Source: a virus (lineage: Duplodnaviria > Caudoviricetes). Taken from it: 63,017 bases of DNA. Below, piece after piece: positions 45,873 through 56,317 of the stretch. The stretch covers positions 1-63,017 of the IMG/VR virus record IMGVR_UViG_3300032293_001810; one strand, given 5' to 3'. A model generated the notes under the pieces. It had not been told where the DNA came from and did not search any database. It was given only the letters and a program-made list of their open reading frames with translations. The position numbers and the translations under genes were made by a program. Each line of letters opens with the position of its first letter. Positions within the stretch are counted from its first letter, which is position 1.

Positions 45873-47237
45873 TTACACTACATAGGCGGTGATAGTACCA
45901 CCTAGACCATAGCCATGATGGAAGGGATGAGTGAGAGTACGAATACCAAACCATTCACCATTTCCGATAGTGATAGGATTTGATGATAAATCTAAACTAC
46001 CAGGTAATGGACGATGATTTTTGAAATTCACATTTGTAGATCGTAGCACCGAGATTGTAGCACTTTGACTTGTCCATGTGTTTTGAGCCAATGCACCTTC
46101 GTCATTAATGCACTTCACTAGATCAAAGGTATAATCATTTATCCCGCCGTCTTTAGATCCACCACTGAAAACAACAAGATCAATGTATGTGATTTTAATG
46201 CTTGATCCAGTATTGTTTCTCCAAATAAGATGAGGATGAAGGGCGATTTCATCAGTAAAGTCTTTTGATAAAGTACCCTCATTGAAAACGCCCGTAATAT
46301 TTGTATTGCCTATATCTTTAGAGCCTACCAAAATTGTTGTGGTAGTTTGTTGGCTATATGTAATCCATGAAACGGGTAAAGTGATATTTGAGCTTGTGCT
46401 GATTGTGATTGCTGCACTACCGTCAAAGCTGGCTGATCCACTGACGGCACCACTTAAAGCGATTGATCTAGCGGTAGCGAGTTTGGTGGCGGTGCTTGCA
46501 TTTGCATTAATTGAGGATGGCAAGGATAGAGTGATACGAACATCGTTATCAACCTTTGATCTAGCTACTTCAATTTCATTTGTAGTCCCATGAAAAGAAA
46601 GCTTATCATTTGCCAAATCTACGGCGGTGATAGGCAAGATTACATCATTTGCACCTACATTTAGATTAGGACTTGGGACGGTTGGCAAGTCCTGATTTTT
46701 CCATTCACCTAAAATATCATCATATCTTAAAGCTTGACCATTAGTTGGTACACTAATTGCAACATCTGATAATTCATTCAAGCTTGTCGCACCGCTAAAA
46801 CCCTCTACCTCATCCACAAGATCATTATAAATTGTTGACCAATTCTTTTCACCAATAGAAGGCTTCTGAAGGCCTTTGTTCTCAGATAATACACGAACAT
46901 GCACAAAAGAAGTAGCTGGGGCAATGATTGCATCAGTTTGACTACTTTCCCCCGTGCTAGTGTTTGTAGCGATTAAGAAGAGGCGGTAATTTCCCCATGT
47001 ATCCACATTGTTAAGAATAGGATTTTGAACGGTTGCACTACTCAAACTTGCACTACTACCACTTGGCTTTGATAGAGACCATGAATAGAGAAAGCTTGCA
47101 CTTGGATGATTGCTATCTTGTGCTTGACCATACAATTGAATATTTGTTTGAGGTAAGTTTACACCAGCTAGATCAATGACCTTGTCATGTTGGCTAGCTA
47201 TGGGACTTGTTTGGCTACTTGTATATGTGATGATCAT
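45873..47237 (-). CDS. Short tail fibre-like protein
   Basis: PKD-like N-terminus, LNELSDV, NASTATKLATARSI.LSGAVSGSASFDGS fibre motif. Confidence 0.65.
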   Translation of the reverse strand: MIITYTSSQTSPIASQHDKVIDLAGVNLPQTNIQLYGQAQDSNHPSASFLYSWSLSKPSGSSASLSSATVQNPILNNVDTWGNYRLFLIATNTSTGESSQTDAIIAPATSFVHVRVLSENKGLQKPSIGEKNWSTIYNDLVDEVEGFSGATSLNELSDVAISVPTNGQALRYDDILGEWKNQDLPTVPSPNLNVGANDVILPITAVDLANDKLSFHGTTNEIEVARSKVDNDVRITLSLPSSINANASTATKLATARSIALSGAVSGSASFDGSAAITISTSSNITLPVSWITYSQQTTTTILVGSKDIGNTNITGVFNEGTLSKDFTDEIALHPHLIWRNNTGSSIKITYIDLVVFSGGSKDGGINDYTFDLVKCINDEGALAQNTWTSQSATISVLRSTNVNFKNHRPLPGSLDLSSNPITIGNGEWFGIRTLTHPFHHGYGLGGTITAYVV

Positions 47238-47239
47238 GA

Positions 47240-48613
47240 TTATCCTACTACTACATCGATTGAAAGCATGGCTATATTATAGATATCTTGAGCATAGCTA
47301 GTATTTAAAAAATCTCTTCGTCTAATCTTAAAGCCGTAGCCCGTTTGAGTTGTCCCGCTTGCATCAGTATATTGCACAAGCTTGATCTTATTTGCGGTGG
47401 CAACATTAGATACATTACCATCCATAAGGATATCAAAGCCCTTAGTATCTTGGTCTCTAAAATAGATCGTACCTACACCGTCCACGATATCAGTCATAGG
47501 GATAAGTGTGTTAAGTGTACAAGTGAAGAGTTTATCAAAATAGCTTTGATCCACAAGGACAACATAACTCGCAAGCATGCATTGTACGGCGTCGCTACTA
47601 GCATTAACTTTTTGAGCGGTGTAAGGCGTTGTGATTGTGCCTAAATGCTCGACTGGCTCATAGTCTTGTCTGATATCAAGGTTGAAATCATCAGCGGTAT
47701 TTTGGGATATAGTGAGAGCATTTGAATAGGGATTACGAAGATCTAAAATATGTTTGAGAGTAGCTGAGCCACGCTTCTTCTTGGCAATAAAAGCATTTAA
47801 ACTAGCGGTGAGAGCGGTGAGCGAAACATTGATATCATTGATCTTTGATTTGAGATGCTCCATGCCTTCTTGTAAGCCCCCAATACCAGCGGGGCTATCA
47901 TTCGCAATCCATTCACTTGTATTGTCCGTTGTGGATGAATTACCTACTAGCTGATCGGCTAAGTAGTAGGGGGTAATACCAGATAGCGATAATTGCACGG
48001 TGCTACCTGAAAGCGTCCATTGAGTGATACGACCAATGAGCGACCATGATTCACCGTCATCACCTAAATCACTAGGTACGCCAACATGAAACAAGGTGCT
48101 TTCAATTTGTCTAGTAGCGATTGCTTGGGTAATCTCAGCACCGTCTACTACCGACCAAAAGCGTCTATTTTGTGTTGATCCACTACTGAGTACTCTCTTT
48201 GCATAGATAGGTGGATAATATTGTGCATGAGTACCTGAGATATAACCTACACTTGTGGGGGTAGGTGGCAAGGCTGAATTTGTGTTATAGTAGATTTGAG
48301 TAAGAGCTTGGGCGGTGGTAAAATCACAATTACCATTTGTAGCCGTTGTTCTATGTACACATACACTACCTTGAGTTGCATCATCCCCGCTAATTGTACG
48401 AGCAAAAAAACTGAAATCACTAAAGGCAATCAATTTGCTTGAATTGTTAATCGTACTTGAGTTATCCCACTTCTTTAGCAAGCCTCCCCCAGTTGTGACA
48501 AGTCCACCGAGCAAGCGACTTACTTGATCATGCACAATGTTTTGGATGCCTTGAACATCTTCAAGGTCAAGTCTTTCAAGTGGTTGTAGTAGTACTTTTT
48601 TTTCAATAGCCAT
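47240..48613 (-). CDS. Baseplate-associated structural protein
   Basis: Position after baseplate J; S/T-rich. Confidence 0.5.
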   Translation of the reverse strand: MAIEKKVLLQPLERLDLEDVQGIQNIVHDQVSRLLGGLVTTGGGLLKKWDNSSTINNSSKLIAFSDFSFFARTISGDDATQGSVCVHRTTATNGNCDFTTAQALTQIYYNTNSALPPTPTSVGYISGTHAQYYPPIYAKRVLSSGSTQNRRFWSVVDGAEITQAIATRQIESTLFHVGVPSDLGDDGESWSLIGRITQWTLSGSTVQLSLSGITPYYLADQLVGNSSTTDNTSEWIANDSPAGIGGLQEGMEHLKSKINDINVSLTALTASLNAFIAKKKRGSATLKHILDLRNPYSNALTISQNTADDFNLDIRQDYEPVEHLGTITTPYTAQKVNASSDAVQCMLASYVVLVDQSYFDKLFTCTLNTLIPMTDIVDGVGTIYFRDQDTKGFDILMDGNVSNVATANKIKLVQYTDASGTTQTGYGFKIRRRDFLNTSYAQDIYNIAMLSIDVVVG

Positions 48614-48615
48614 GT

Positions 48616-50004
48616 TTATGCTCCTACTCTAATCGTGATAGAGTCTGATTTAATTCTAGTTGGGGAAGAGGTTTGAGGCTCAATGTTTTGTAAAGGTGAG
48701 CCGTCAGTATTGATAAAGGCAATGTCTAGCACGCCGTCAATATCCATGCACACATTAACAAGTTGCGAGATATAAAGTGTTTCAGTAGGTGCTAAAGAAT
48801 TTATATAGGCAACCAAAGCTTGAGTAACGGCTGATTGTACAATAGATGATGAATATGTAGGCTTGACCTTGAGATTGAGTAAAAGAGAAATGAGAGTAGG
48901 CGTAATCGCTTTCACTACCACCCTTGTCCCCGCTGATCTAAAGCCCGTCATTCTTGTAGGCTCATTCAAATCACCTTCTATCTCTTTTTGAATTTCAGCA
49001 ATAATCCCCGTATAAACTCTATAAGGTGAGCTTTCTCCAATCGTCCATTCATCACCAGCTTCTAAACCTTGAACATATACAATTCCTCGCTCTGGTAAAG
49101 AGATGATACGGCTAGAAGCAATTGATGATCCATTTACACGAATTTGGCTTGTTGTGATAGGTGCGGTTGCTGGTGCTTCATGATACAAAACTCTTTGGCC
49201 ACCAACGGGGACAATACCGCCAACGGCTTTACCTACTCTTGAGCGAGTATTAACACTCATCTCAGCCGTACCATCATCAACATACAATTCGGAATATGCT
49301 GGCTTATCCTCTGGCTCTACCAGCTTGGCATATCTAAGCCTTTCCCCCGTACTACCTACAAAAGAAACGGCTAAAAATTCTAAAGCTGACTTTTGAGAAC
49401 GAGAAAGCGAATTGAGATATGTCTTTGCTCTTGCTCTCAAAGTAGCATCATCCTCTTCGTCAAATCCGTTGTTTAGAGCAAGTGTATTTGTACAAGTGAG
49501 AATTGTATCTGGCATTGATTTGATTGTATCTATCTCACCGATTGCACAATTCCCCAAACTACCTGGTTGACTAGCTACCACAAAAATACCTGAGCGAGTA
49601 GATGCACCTACAACCATAGTATAATCATCAATCGTTCTATATGTCATACTTGTGCGAGAGCATACAACCTCACTACCAGCGGGGATTGTAAGGCTCTCAC
49701 TTGTATCATCTCTAGTCACTTCAATGACGGCACCGCTTGCATGACTTGCTTGTAATCGTCTGACTGTTCCTAGTGGTAGCTCTCTCACTCTTTCATCTAA
49801 ATCAATACCTGAAACGGTATCCAAAAAATAAGACTCACGAATAGTCACAAGCTTTCTCTCTACACTAGCAAGTTCTTGTGCAATCGCTGAGTACATAGTA
49901 GTCAAGATTGATCCGTTTGATATATCATCAAGGCTTGTTCTACCTACCGTCATTGCGGTGAGGTCCCTTAGTATCTCAAGGGCTGATTTGGGGGTATATG
50001 GCAT
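48616..50004 (-). CDS. Baseplate J-like wedge protein
   Basis: G.DLD, IPAG, G..GN...G.I, GFDEEDD..LR.R, YIN.L......YIS......IDGV.D. Confidence 0.9.
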   Translation of the reverse strand: MPYTPKSALEILRDLTAMTVGRTSLDDISNGSILTTMYSAIAQELASVERKLVTIRESYFLDTVSGIDLDERVRELPLGTVRRLQASHASGAVIEVTRDDTSESLTIPAGSEVVCSRTSMTYRTIDDYTMVVGASTRSGIFVVASQPGSLGNCAIGEIDTIKSMPDTILTCTNTLALNNGFDEEDDATLRARAKTYLNSLSRSQKSALEFLAVSFVGSTGERLRYAKLVEPEDKPAYSELYVDDGTAEMSVNTRSRVGKAVGGIVPVGGQRVLYHEAPATAPITTSQIRVNGSSIASSRIISLPERGIVYVQGLEAGDEWTIGESSPYRVYTGIIAEIQKEIEGDLNEPTRMTGFRSAGTRVVVKAITPTLISLLLNLKVKPTYSSSIVQSAVTQALVAYINSLAPTETLYISQLVNVCMDIDGVLDIAFINTDGSPLQNIEPQTSSPTRIKSDSITIRVGA

Positions 50005-50015
50005 AATATAAAATC

Positions 50016-51776
50016 CTAGATCGGTGCAATAAGGCTGATATTATCATCATTTAAAGTTGTACGGCATGTTAAATCTACCGCTACTCCATCGCTATCCATG
50101 ATCATAGAAAGAGATGGGATATCAATAATTCTAGTATCACTGAGTATTTGCTCTTTGATATCCACCGCTAGGTATGAACTTACCTTAGCAACATTCTTTG
50201 AGCCTACAATCTTTTGAATACCGAAATTAGGGAATAGCGTGATTTGCCCTTTCTCAGTAGTTACACGGTAGATCAAAGATTGCTTGATAGCTTCACGCCC
50301 TGAAACAAGGACAAGATCATCGCTACCTAGTACAAGGTCACCGTCAATCAATTTCAAATCGCTTGTGAATTGCTGAGGTGCAAAGCTTGGTGTTGTCTCT
50401 TCGGTAGGTACTAGAATAATATCCCCCGCTTGTAGTACGGATCCGTTCGCTTTAGTATGTGCATCAATACACGAATTTAGCTTGGCTAGTTTGATCCAAT
50501 CTGAAGGTGCATTGAGTAAATCTGAGGCAACCGTAAGTAAATTCTCACCTATCCGTAGCATATATTCAAAGGTAGGATAAGGCTCTTGTTCGGTACTCGG
50601 CACATTATCAAAACCTTGATTGAAAGCTGAAAGTTGCTTGAAACCTCGATCCGTTCTAAGAAAGCCTTTAGCTAGATCATCACTCTTCAAACTTGGGGTA
50701 ATGTAGCCTTGTAGTAACTCTAGGGAATAAGCTAAATCCTCTAAATTTTGGGTAAGGATCAATAGATTTAGATCGATAGGTGTAGCATCAATCTGATTAG
50801 GGATATTGCTATTCTTCCATTGTACTCTAATAGCATCACCGAAAGACAAGCCTTTGATTTCCCAGCTTGCTTGAGCGGTTGTTCTATCCCCCGTTGCCTC
50901 GTCATCCCCATAGGCTGATTTGATTTGCTTGATTGCGTCCTTGATTGTATCAATCACGCCCCCCAGTGTTTTCCATGCATTTTTAAAATCGTTCTCTACG
51001 GTAATCGGTAGCAAGGCAACATTCTTGATTGCATTGCTCACACTAGAAACTACATTGCTTGCGTTGGTGGCTACATTGTTTGCAACCGCCCCAAAGGCTC
51101 TAATTGCATTAGTTGTTTTCTCTACCTCTTTCACTACATCAATGACTTGATCGTACCATGATTTCTCTGGTGGGACGGCTTGATCATAGGCTTCTAAATC
51201 AAGCGTCCAATCGTATGACAACCTTGTTCTATCAGCACGCCAACGCTTAACCTCAACCTTTGCATTGACTTGCTCTTGCACCGCTCTAAAAACTAAGGTT
51301 GTTCGCTTATCCTTTAGGAAGGTATCTAGTTCAGTGAAATCAATAAATAGCTTGTTCTTCTCTGATCTAGCTTTCTCACCATATTCATGTAGGAAATCCC
51401 CAAACTCTTGCACGAGTTGATCTGGTGTGAGAAAGCCAATGATACCACTTGATTTGCTCCCGAGCCTAGCACCTAATCCTATTTTCCCTTTGATAGAGAT
51501 ACTAGCCTTGCGAGGTGTACCGATTTGCCTAAACACTGATTGATCATCAAAGGTATACTCAAGCTTGCTCGGTGTTTCTCTCTCTATGCTAAAGTTTTGG
51601 GGCTGAGAAGGTAGCACAACAACCTTAATTCTCTTCCCCCCTTGGTAAAGTTCAAGGTAGTAGTCAATAGGTAATCTAACTACACTATCAACAACATCCA
51701 TCACCTGATCTATGACTCCACCGACCTTGTCGAATATCCCTTTTTTCTCGACCTTGCCTTTGATACCTAATTTCAT
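50016..51776 (-). CDS. Tail-tube initiator/LysM protein fused to a gp25-like baseplate domain
   Basis: GENL..VA......W..LA.LN...L.AG..I.VP (LysM); DL..VSG..AI.Q....R..TEKG.....PNFG. Confidence 0.65.
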   Translation of the reverse strand: MKLGIKGKVEKKGIFDKVGGVIDQVMDVVDSVVRLPIDYYLELYQGGKRIKVVVLPSQPQNFSIERETPSKLEYTFDDQSVFRQIGTPRKASISIKGKIGLGARLGSKSSGIIGFLTPDQLVQEFGDFLHEYGEKARSEKNKLFIDFTELDTFLKDKRTTLVFRAVQEQVNAKVEVKRWRADRTRLSYDWTLDLEAYDQAVPPEKSWYDQVIDVVKEVEKTTNAIRAFGAVANNVATNASNVVSSVSNAIKNVALLPITVENDFKNAWKTLGGVIDTIKDAIKQIKSAYGDDEATGDRTTAQASWEIKGLSFGDAIRVQWKNSNIPNQIDATPIDLNLLILTQNLEDLAYSLELLQGYITPSLKSDDLAKGFLRTDRGFKQLSAFNQGFDNVPSTEQEPYPTFEYMLRIGENLLTVASDLLNAPSDWIKLAKLNSCIDAHTKANGSVLQAGDIILVPTEETTPSFAPQQFTSDLKLIDGDLVLGSDDLVLVSGREAIKQSLIYRVTTEKGQITLFPNFGIQKIVGSKNVAKVSSYLAVDIKEQILSDTRIIDIPSLSMIMDSDGVAVDLTCRTTLNDDNISLIAPI

Positions 51777-51786
51777 GCTTATGCTC

Positions 51787-52485
51787 CTATGGCAATTCTA
51801 TTCTTTGGTTTAGTGTAGCAATTAAAGCATCTCTCACTTGGCTTGTTGGCACATGCTCACTTAGATTGAGAGCGGTGCTATTTGTGATAGTAGTAGTGAG
51901 AGCTGAAGCTTCTTGGGGGGTAAGAACGGCTTTACTTGCTAGACTTGCGATTATGCTCAATAGAACTGAATTTTGAATGATCATGTGATTTACATAGAAC
52001 ATAAGCTGATAAGTGAGGGCATCAATAAAAGCTTGTCCATTGATAGCCAAATCGCTCGTAGATCCATCGTGAGAAATCCTAAGTTTATTCAGTTGCATAC
52101 GAATGATATCGCTATCTAGTGTAAGCCCATTGATACCTAGATTGATACTTGCTCTAGCATTAGATAAATGTGTGTCTTGATAAGAGATTGTATTTAAATC
52201 ACTTGTGATAGGCTTGGTTGATATACCTAAACCGACGCTTTGCCTATCTGGTACATCAGCAATACATCCTAGTATAATAGGGATGAATTTTTGATCAAAG
52301 ATGAGTACAATAATTGCCCCCTCAATAATAGGTTGTATACTAAACCTTGTTTCACTACCACCGCTACTAAGTTGCCGTGCATTGCTCACAATCAAGCCGT
52401 CATCCAATTGCACCTGATAGAGTAGTTCACCGCTATCATTCTTTGAGATTGATAAAACCTTGCCCTTACAAATTTGCATGATCAT
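51787..52485 (-). CDS. Baseplate spike/assembly protein (OB-fold)
   Basis: GKV..., P..GA.V.L.F....PIILG; position after the hub gene. Confidence 0.55.
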   Translation of the reverse strand: MIMQICKGKVLSISKNDSGELLYQVQLDDGLIVSNARQLSSGGSETRFSIQPIIEGAIIVLIFDQKFIPIILGCIADVPDRQSVGLGISTKPITSDLNTISYQDTHLSNARASINLGINGLTLDSDIIRMQLNKLRISHDGSTSDLAINGQAFIDALTYQLMFYVNHMIIQNSVLLSIIASLASKAVLTPQEASALTTTITNSTALNLSEHVPTSQVRDALIATLNQRIELP

Positions 52486-53972
52486 CCTCGCTTTTCTACT
52501 TGTGATTTAGGGATAGGATTTATAGCCTTATCCGTTGCGTTTTGGGGATAATCTTGCTTGACTTGCTTGGGATAGAATAGAGGCAATCGCCTATTACTAC
52601 CTCTCTCAAAATGTAGATCGATTGAGCCTTCTTGGATACCTGAAGGTGAGAGGCTGATCTTGTATTCAAGTTTGTTTATATACCCCGTAAAGCCGTTGAA
52701 TGAGAACCACTGACCGATTGTTAAAGCTTGAGTAAATGACAAGGCAAGCTTGATAACCCCCGTACTATAATATGCACCATCACCATGTAGACAAAAGCCT
52801 AATTCCGTAAGTTTAGCTGATACTTGGGGGGATGTATCTTCAACATAAAAATTAGTGATAACCTTATGGGATATCCCAAATTGCTCGGCGTCATCCTCAT
52901 TCATGATCAGGTGATTTAGGCTCTCAGCTAAGGAAAAGGTAACACTAGAATTACTCTCACTCACCCCATTATAAACCGAGATTGTATTGATTTGATCATC
53001 ATCTAAGTCATAGGCAATGGATAAGACCTGATGCGGTGGTATCTCTAGGTATTCGATCTTTGATCTATCGCTACTATCCTCAGTGAATGTTTTTTCTACC
53101 ACTGGACGCGAGATGATACGAGTATCACGGACTTTCTCAAGGGATTTTTGAGAGATATTAAATTGAGGTGGTAAAGGCTTGTACCTAAAAACAATCGTAG
53201 GTACTGCCCCCAAAGACTTGTAAAGTACCTTCTTCGCTTGATCTATTTTGTAGTCATCTTGGTAGGGTACAAGTAAGAAGAAAAACTCTACTAATTCCGG
53301 CGTTTGTTGGAATATCGTCATAAATTTTTGAAGAGTTAAAATCTTGTCATTTGGATTGACTAAACCTTGCTTTAGGATAGAGTAAACCTTATTACTTGCA
53401 TTTGAATACTGAGCAAGTTGGGGGAGATGATAACCTTGTACCCCATCGCATACATTGATCAGATCAGATACTTTTAAACCTTGTTCGAAGAGGGAAACGG
53501 GGATTTTGGCAAAAGAGAATTGATCAAGTGTATATTGTAGGATTTTACTTAGATCATTCTCTTGTCTGAGATATGCACCATAATCAGCTAGCTTTTCACT
53601 TGTGATTGATCCAAAGATACGAGTCGTATTTGAATGGATAATCTCCGCATTGAGCATTCTAGTGAAGATACTATCACAACCTATTCTACATGTGCTTATC
53701 TCAAGCCCCATATCATCATAGATTGTATCCACCGAGATACTATCAATGAAGCCCCAATAGACAAGCTGATCCATGTATTTGATCGTAATTTGCTTGCCCT
53801 TTAAAATGTCATTCTCACCGTTTGAGAATATTGTACCGACACTTGCACGAAAAAGCTGAAGGCTTACACTTGCCTTGTTACCGATCAAATCGATTGATTG
53901 ACTAAATGATATGTCCGTAACAAGTGAAGAGATATCAAGCCGTTCAAGGCCTAGAATTTCAAGTTTAATCAT
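52482..53972 (-). CDS. Baseplate hub (gp27/gpD-like)
   Basis: Directly after the tape measure gene; YWGFIDSI; IGQW...GYI..Y. Confidence 0.6.
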   Translation of the reverse strand: MIKLEILGLERLDISSLVTDISFSQSIDLIGNKASVSLQLFRASVGTIFSNGENDILKGKQITIKYMDQLVYWGFIDSISVDTIYDDMGLEISTCRIGCDSIFTRMLNAEIIHSNTTRIFGSITSEKLADYGAYLRQENDLSKILQYTLDQFSFAKIPVSLFEQGLKVSDLINVCDGVQGYHLPQLAQYSNASNKVYSILKQGLVNPNDKILTLQKFMTIFQQTPELVEFFFLLVPYQDDYKIDQAKKVLYKSLGAVPTIVFRYKPLPPQFNISQKSLEKVRDTRIISRPVVEKTFTEDSSDRSKIEYLEIPPHQVLSIAYDLDDDQINTISVYNGVSESNSSVTFSLAESLNHLIMNEDDAEQFGISHKVITNFYVEDTSPQVSAKLTELGFCLHGDGAYYSTGVIKLALSFTQALTIGQWFSFNGFTGYINKLEYKISLSPSGIQEGSIDLHFERGSNRRLPLFYPKQVKQDYPQNATDKAINPIPKSQVEKRG

Positions 53973-55483
53973 AGCTTGCTACCTTCCCCCGCTTTACGGT
54001 TTTCTTGCTTTACTTTTGTTGGCTCGCTCTTAAATGGATTACTAAAGCCACTAAAACTAAATTTCTCAGTGAGTTTTTCCACCGCTTCAATCGTTTTATT
54101 CATAGCCCCCGCAAGTGTATTTACCCCCTTAGAAAGTACGGTAAGACCTACACTTAAAGCTTGTGCTGCCGTCTCCCCCGTCTTGCCTAAAGCCTCATAG
54201 TCTTGTTGTGTAGATATATTCGTTCTTCTTACTCTTGTATCAGCTTGGATAGCTTGGATAATTGAGCCAGCATTACCTAAAGCTGAATTAATAATTTGCA
54301 TTTCAGCACTTGCTTGAGCTGATGATATTCCACCTCTTCCAATCGCACTAAAATCACCTTTACCTTTACCTAGTATAAGAGGCAATTCTTTGAATGCGTC
54401 CATTAGATCAGAGGGTAGGGATTGCCCCATAAAGTTGTATCTTGATAGTTGTAATTGTTGGGATAAACTTAAATCTGGACGAGCCTTAATCACATCAGCT
54501 TGTTGTTGTGCAAGTAGTAAGCTTGCTTGTTGCGTGGATAGCTTACGATTGAATGTCTCAATAGGATCAGAGGCAATAATCCCTTTCTTTAGAGCATCCT
54601 CTTTTTGAATATCACTGATTGTTTGAAGTAGACTTGTGCCTTTACTAGTAGCATCGCTAATTCTCTTTAACAATTCCGTTGTGTTGGTACTTGCAAGCGA
54701 TAAATCCCCACTCATCATTCTTTGAGATAGCATGCCTTGAATAGATGATAATCCAGCTCTTCTTTGCTCTGGTGATAAATCTTGACCCATTAGAGAGGTA
54801 GCCAAAGAGACGCCTAAATTTGATTGCTTGCCTAGTGTATCACCTAGCTTTTGTATACTAGCGACAAGCCCCGCCCCTAGTCCCCTTTGCTCGCTTGCGA
54901 TTGCTTGATCAACACTTAAAGCCCCACCACTCATAGCGATTGCTTTTTGAATAGAGAAGGCTTCACCTGATTTATACCCTCTACCCGCAAATCCTTGTAT
55001 ACCACTACCCCCAAGACCCTTTAGATCAGCAAGGCTAGAACTATAACCAGCTACTTGGTCGCCCGCTCCCATTAAAGTTGAGAATTGACTAGCTAAGAGG
55101 TTACCTATACCAAAAGGGATAGCTGATAATTGACCGGCAAATCCATTGCTTAGTCCACCTACTTGTCCTGCTCTTGCCATAATCTGAGATATTTTTTGTT
55201 CAAGTTGTTGTAGGTTTTGCCCACCATCCTTGTCAGCTTTCTCAGCCTTTACTTGTGCTTGACCTTGTGCCGTTGCTTGCTTGGTAGCCTCAGCACTGGC
55301 CGTATTACTTGCGACAAGCTTTTGATTTATCTCTATGAGTTGTTTAAGTACCGCTGAGAGATTATTCATAGCGGTGATAATACCCGTTGATCCAGTAGCT
55401 TGTGGTGTGCTAGTAGGTGGTGCAACGGTTGGTTGTGCTAGTGGTGGCTCAGTGAGTTGTGGTTGAGCTACCCCCATAGGCAT
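53969..55483 (-). CDS. Tape measure protein (short, ~504 aa; start revised)
   Basis: A/G/Q/S-rich helical protein following the tail assembly chaperones. Confidence 0.7.
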   Translation of the reverse strand: MPMGVAQPQLTEPPLAQPTVAPPTSTPQATGSTGIITAMNNLSAVLKQLIEINQKLVASNTASAEATKQATAQGQAQVKAEKADKDGGQNLQQLEQKISQIMARAGQVGGLSNGFAGQLSAIPFGIGNLLASQFSTLMGAGDQVAGYSSSLADLKGLGGSGIQGFAGRGYKSGEAFSIQKAIAMSGGALSVDQAIASEQRGLGAGLVASIQKLGDTLGKQSNLGVSLATSLMGQDLSPEQRRAGLSSIQGMLSQRMMSGDLSLASTNTTELLKRISDATSKGTSLLQTISDIQKEDALKKGIIASDPIETFNRKLSTQQASLLLAQQQADVIKARPDLSLSQQLQLSRYNFMGQSLPSDLMDAFKELPLILGKGKGDFSAIGRGGISSAQASAEMQIINSALGNAGSIIQAIQADTRVRRTNISTQQDYEALGKTGETAAQALSVGLTVLSKGVNTLAGAMNKTIEAVEKLTEKFSFSGFSNPFKSEPTKVKQENRKAGEGSKL

Positions 55484-55484
55484 A

Positions 55485-55808
55485 TTATTGATTGTAGGTT
55501 GCGAGGTAATCACTTAAATCTTCTCCTCTTGCTAGAGCTTGCTCCATCATGTCTATCTCGCTAATCCCCGTCATAGCGATACCGTCTTGGATTTGGATTT
55601 TAGCATAAAGATGGGGGAAAGCTTGCTCAAATGTTTCTTGTGTGCAATGGAGCATAGCAAGCTCTAAATTTTCCCATGAATAATAGTTTTCAATTGAGAG
55701 GTGGTATTTAATTCGATCTGGTAATAAACTTTGTAGTAATGGAAATTCGCCTTTGTCCCTTAGCTTCTTGACCCTCTTTGGTGCTTGCTCCAAAAAAAAG
55801 AGATTCAT
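55485..55808 (-). CDS. Tail assembly chaperone, frameshift extension (gpT-like)
   Basis: In the -1 frame of the upstream chaperone across a T8 run. Confidence 0.7.
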   Translation of the reverse strand: MNLFFLEQAPKRVKKLRDKGEFPLLQSLLPDRIKYHLSIENYYSWENLELAMLHCTQETFEQAFPHLYAKIQIQDGIAMTGISEIDMMEQALARGEDLSDYLATYNQ

Positions 55809-56181
55809 GCTCGACCAATGTATTCAAAATCTGAATGAGTAATTGATTATCTTGACCAATCCATTCAGTTAGCCACTCTGGTGGATCTTTGAGTTGAACT
55901 AGACAACGAGCAAGACCTTGTAGGCGGTATTTTTCCTCAGTAGGCAAGTTTTCAAAGACTACCCCCATGCACAAGGATTGAAGTACCCTATTCATAGCTA
56001 GACGGCTTTCGGTATCCATTACACAAGAGAGAAGATCAGCTCTAAATTGCTTGCCTGTTGGGGCTACATATTCAATAGAAAAGCTCTCTTCTCTACTCAC
56101 TAAATCTTCTTCTTTTTTCTCTACTAAAGACTCAGCATCAGCCTTGATCTTTCTCAGATCAATTGTTTCTTTCTTTGTCAT
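55708..56181 (-). CDS. Tail assembly chaperone (gpG-like)
   Basis: Between the tube and TMP genes; AAAGGA SD; slippery T TTT TTT near the 3' end. Confidence 0.75.
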   Translation of the reverse strand: MTKKETIDLRKIKADAESLVEKKEEDLVSREESFSIEYVAPTGKQFRADLLSCVMDTESRLAMNRVLQSLCMGVVFENLPTEEKYRLQGLARCLVQLKDPPEWLTEWIGQDNQLLIQILNTLVEHESLFFGASTKEGQEAKGQRRISITTKFITRSN

Positions 56182-56317
56182 GTTTTGATCCTTTCAAAAT
56201 ATATAAAAAGATATATCAAAACATTTAGTTTTTATCCTAAAAATTAAACTCAATACTAAATTTGAACATTCAGATCATTAATTGTTCAAAAACAAGCTTT
56301 TTTGAACAATAGCTAGA

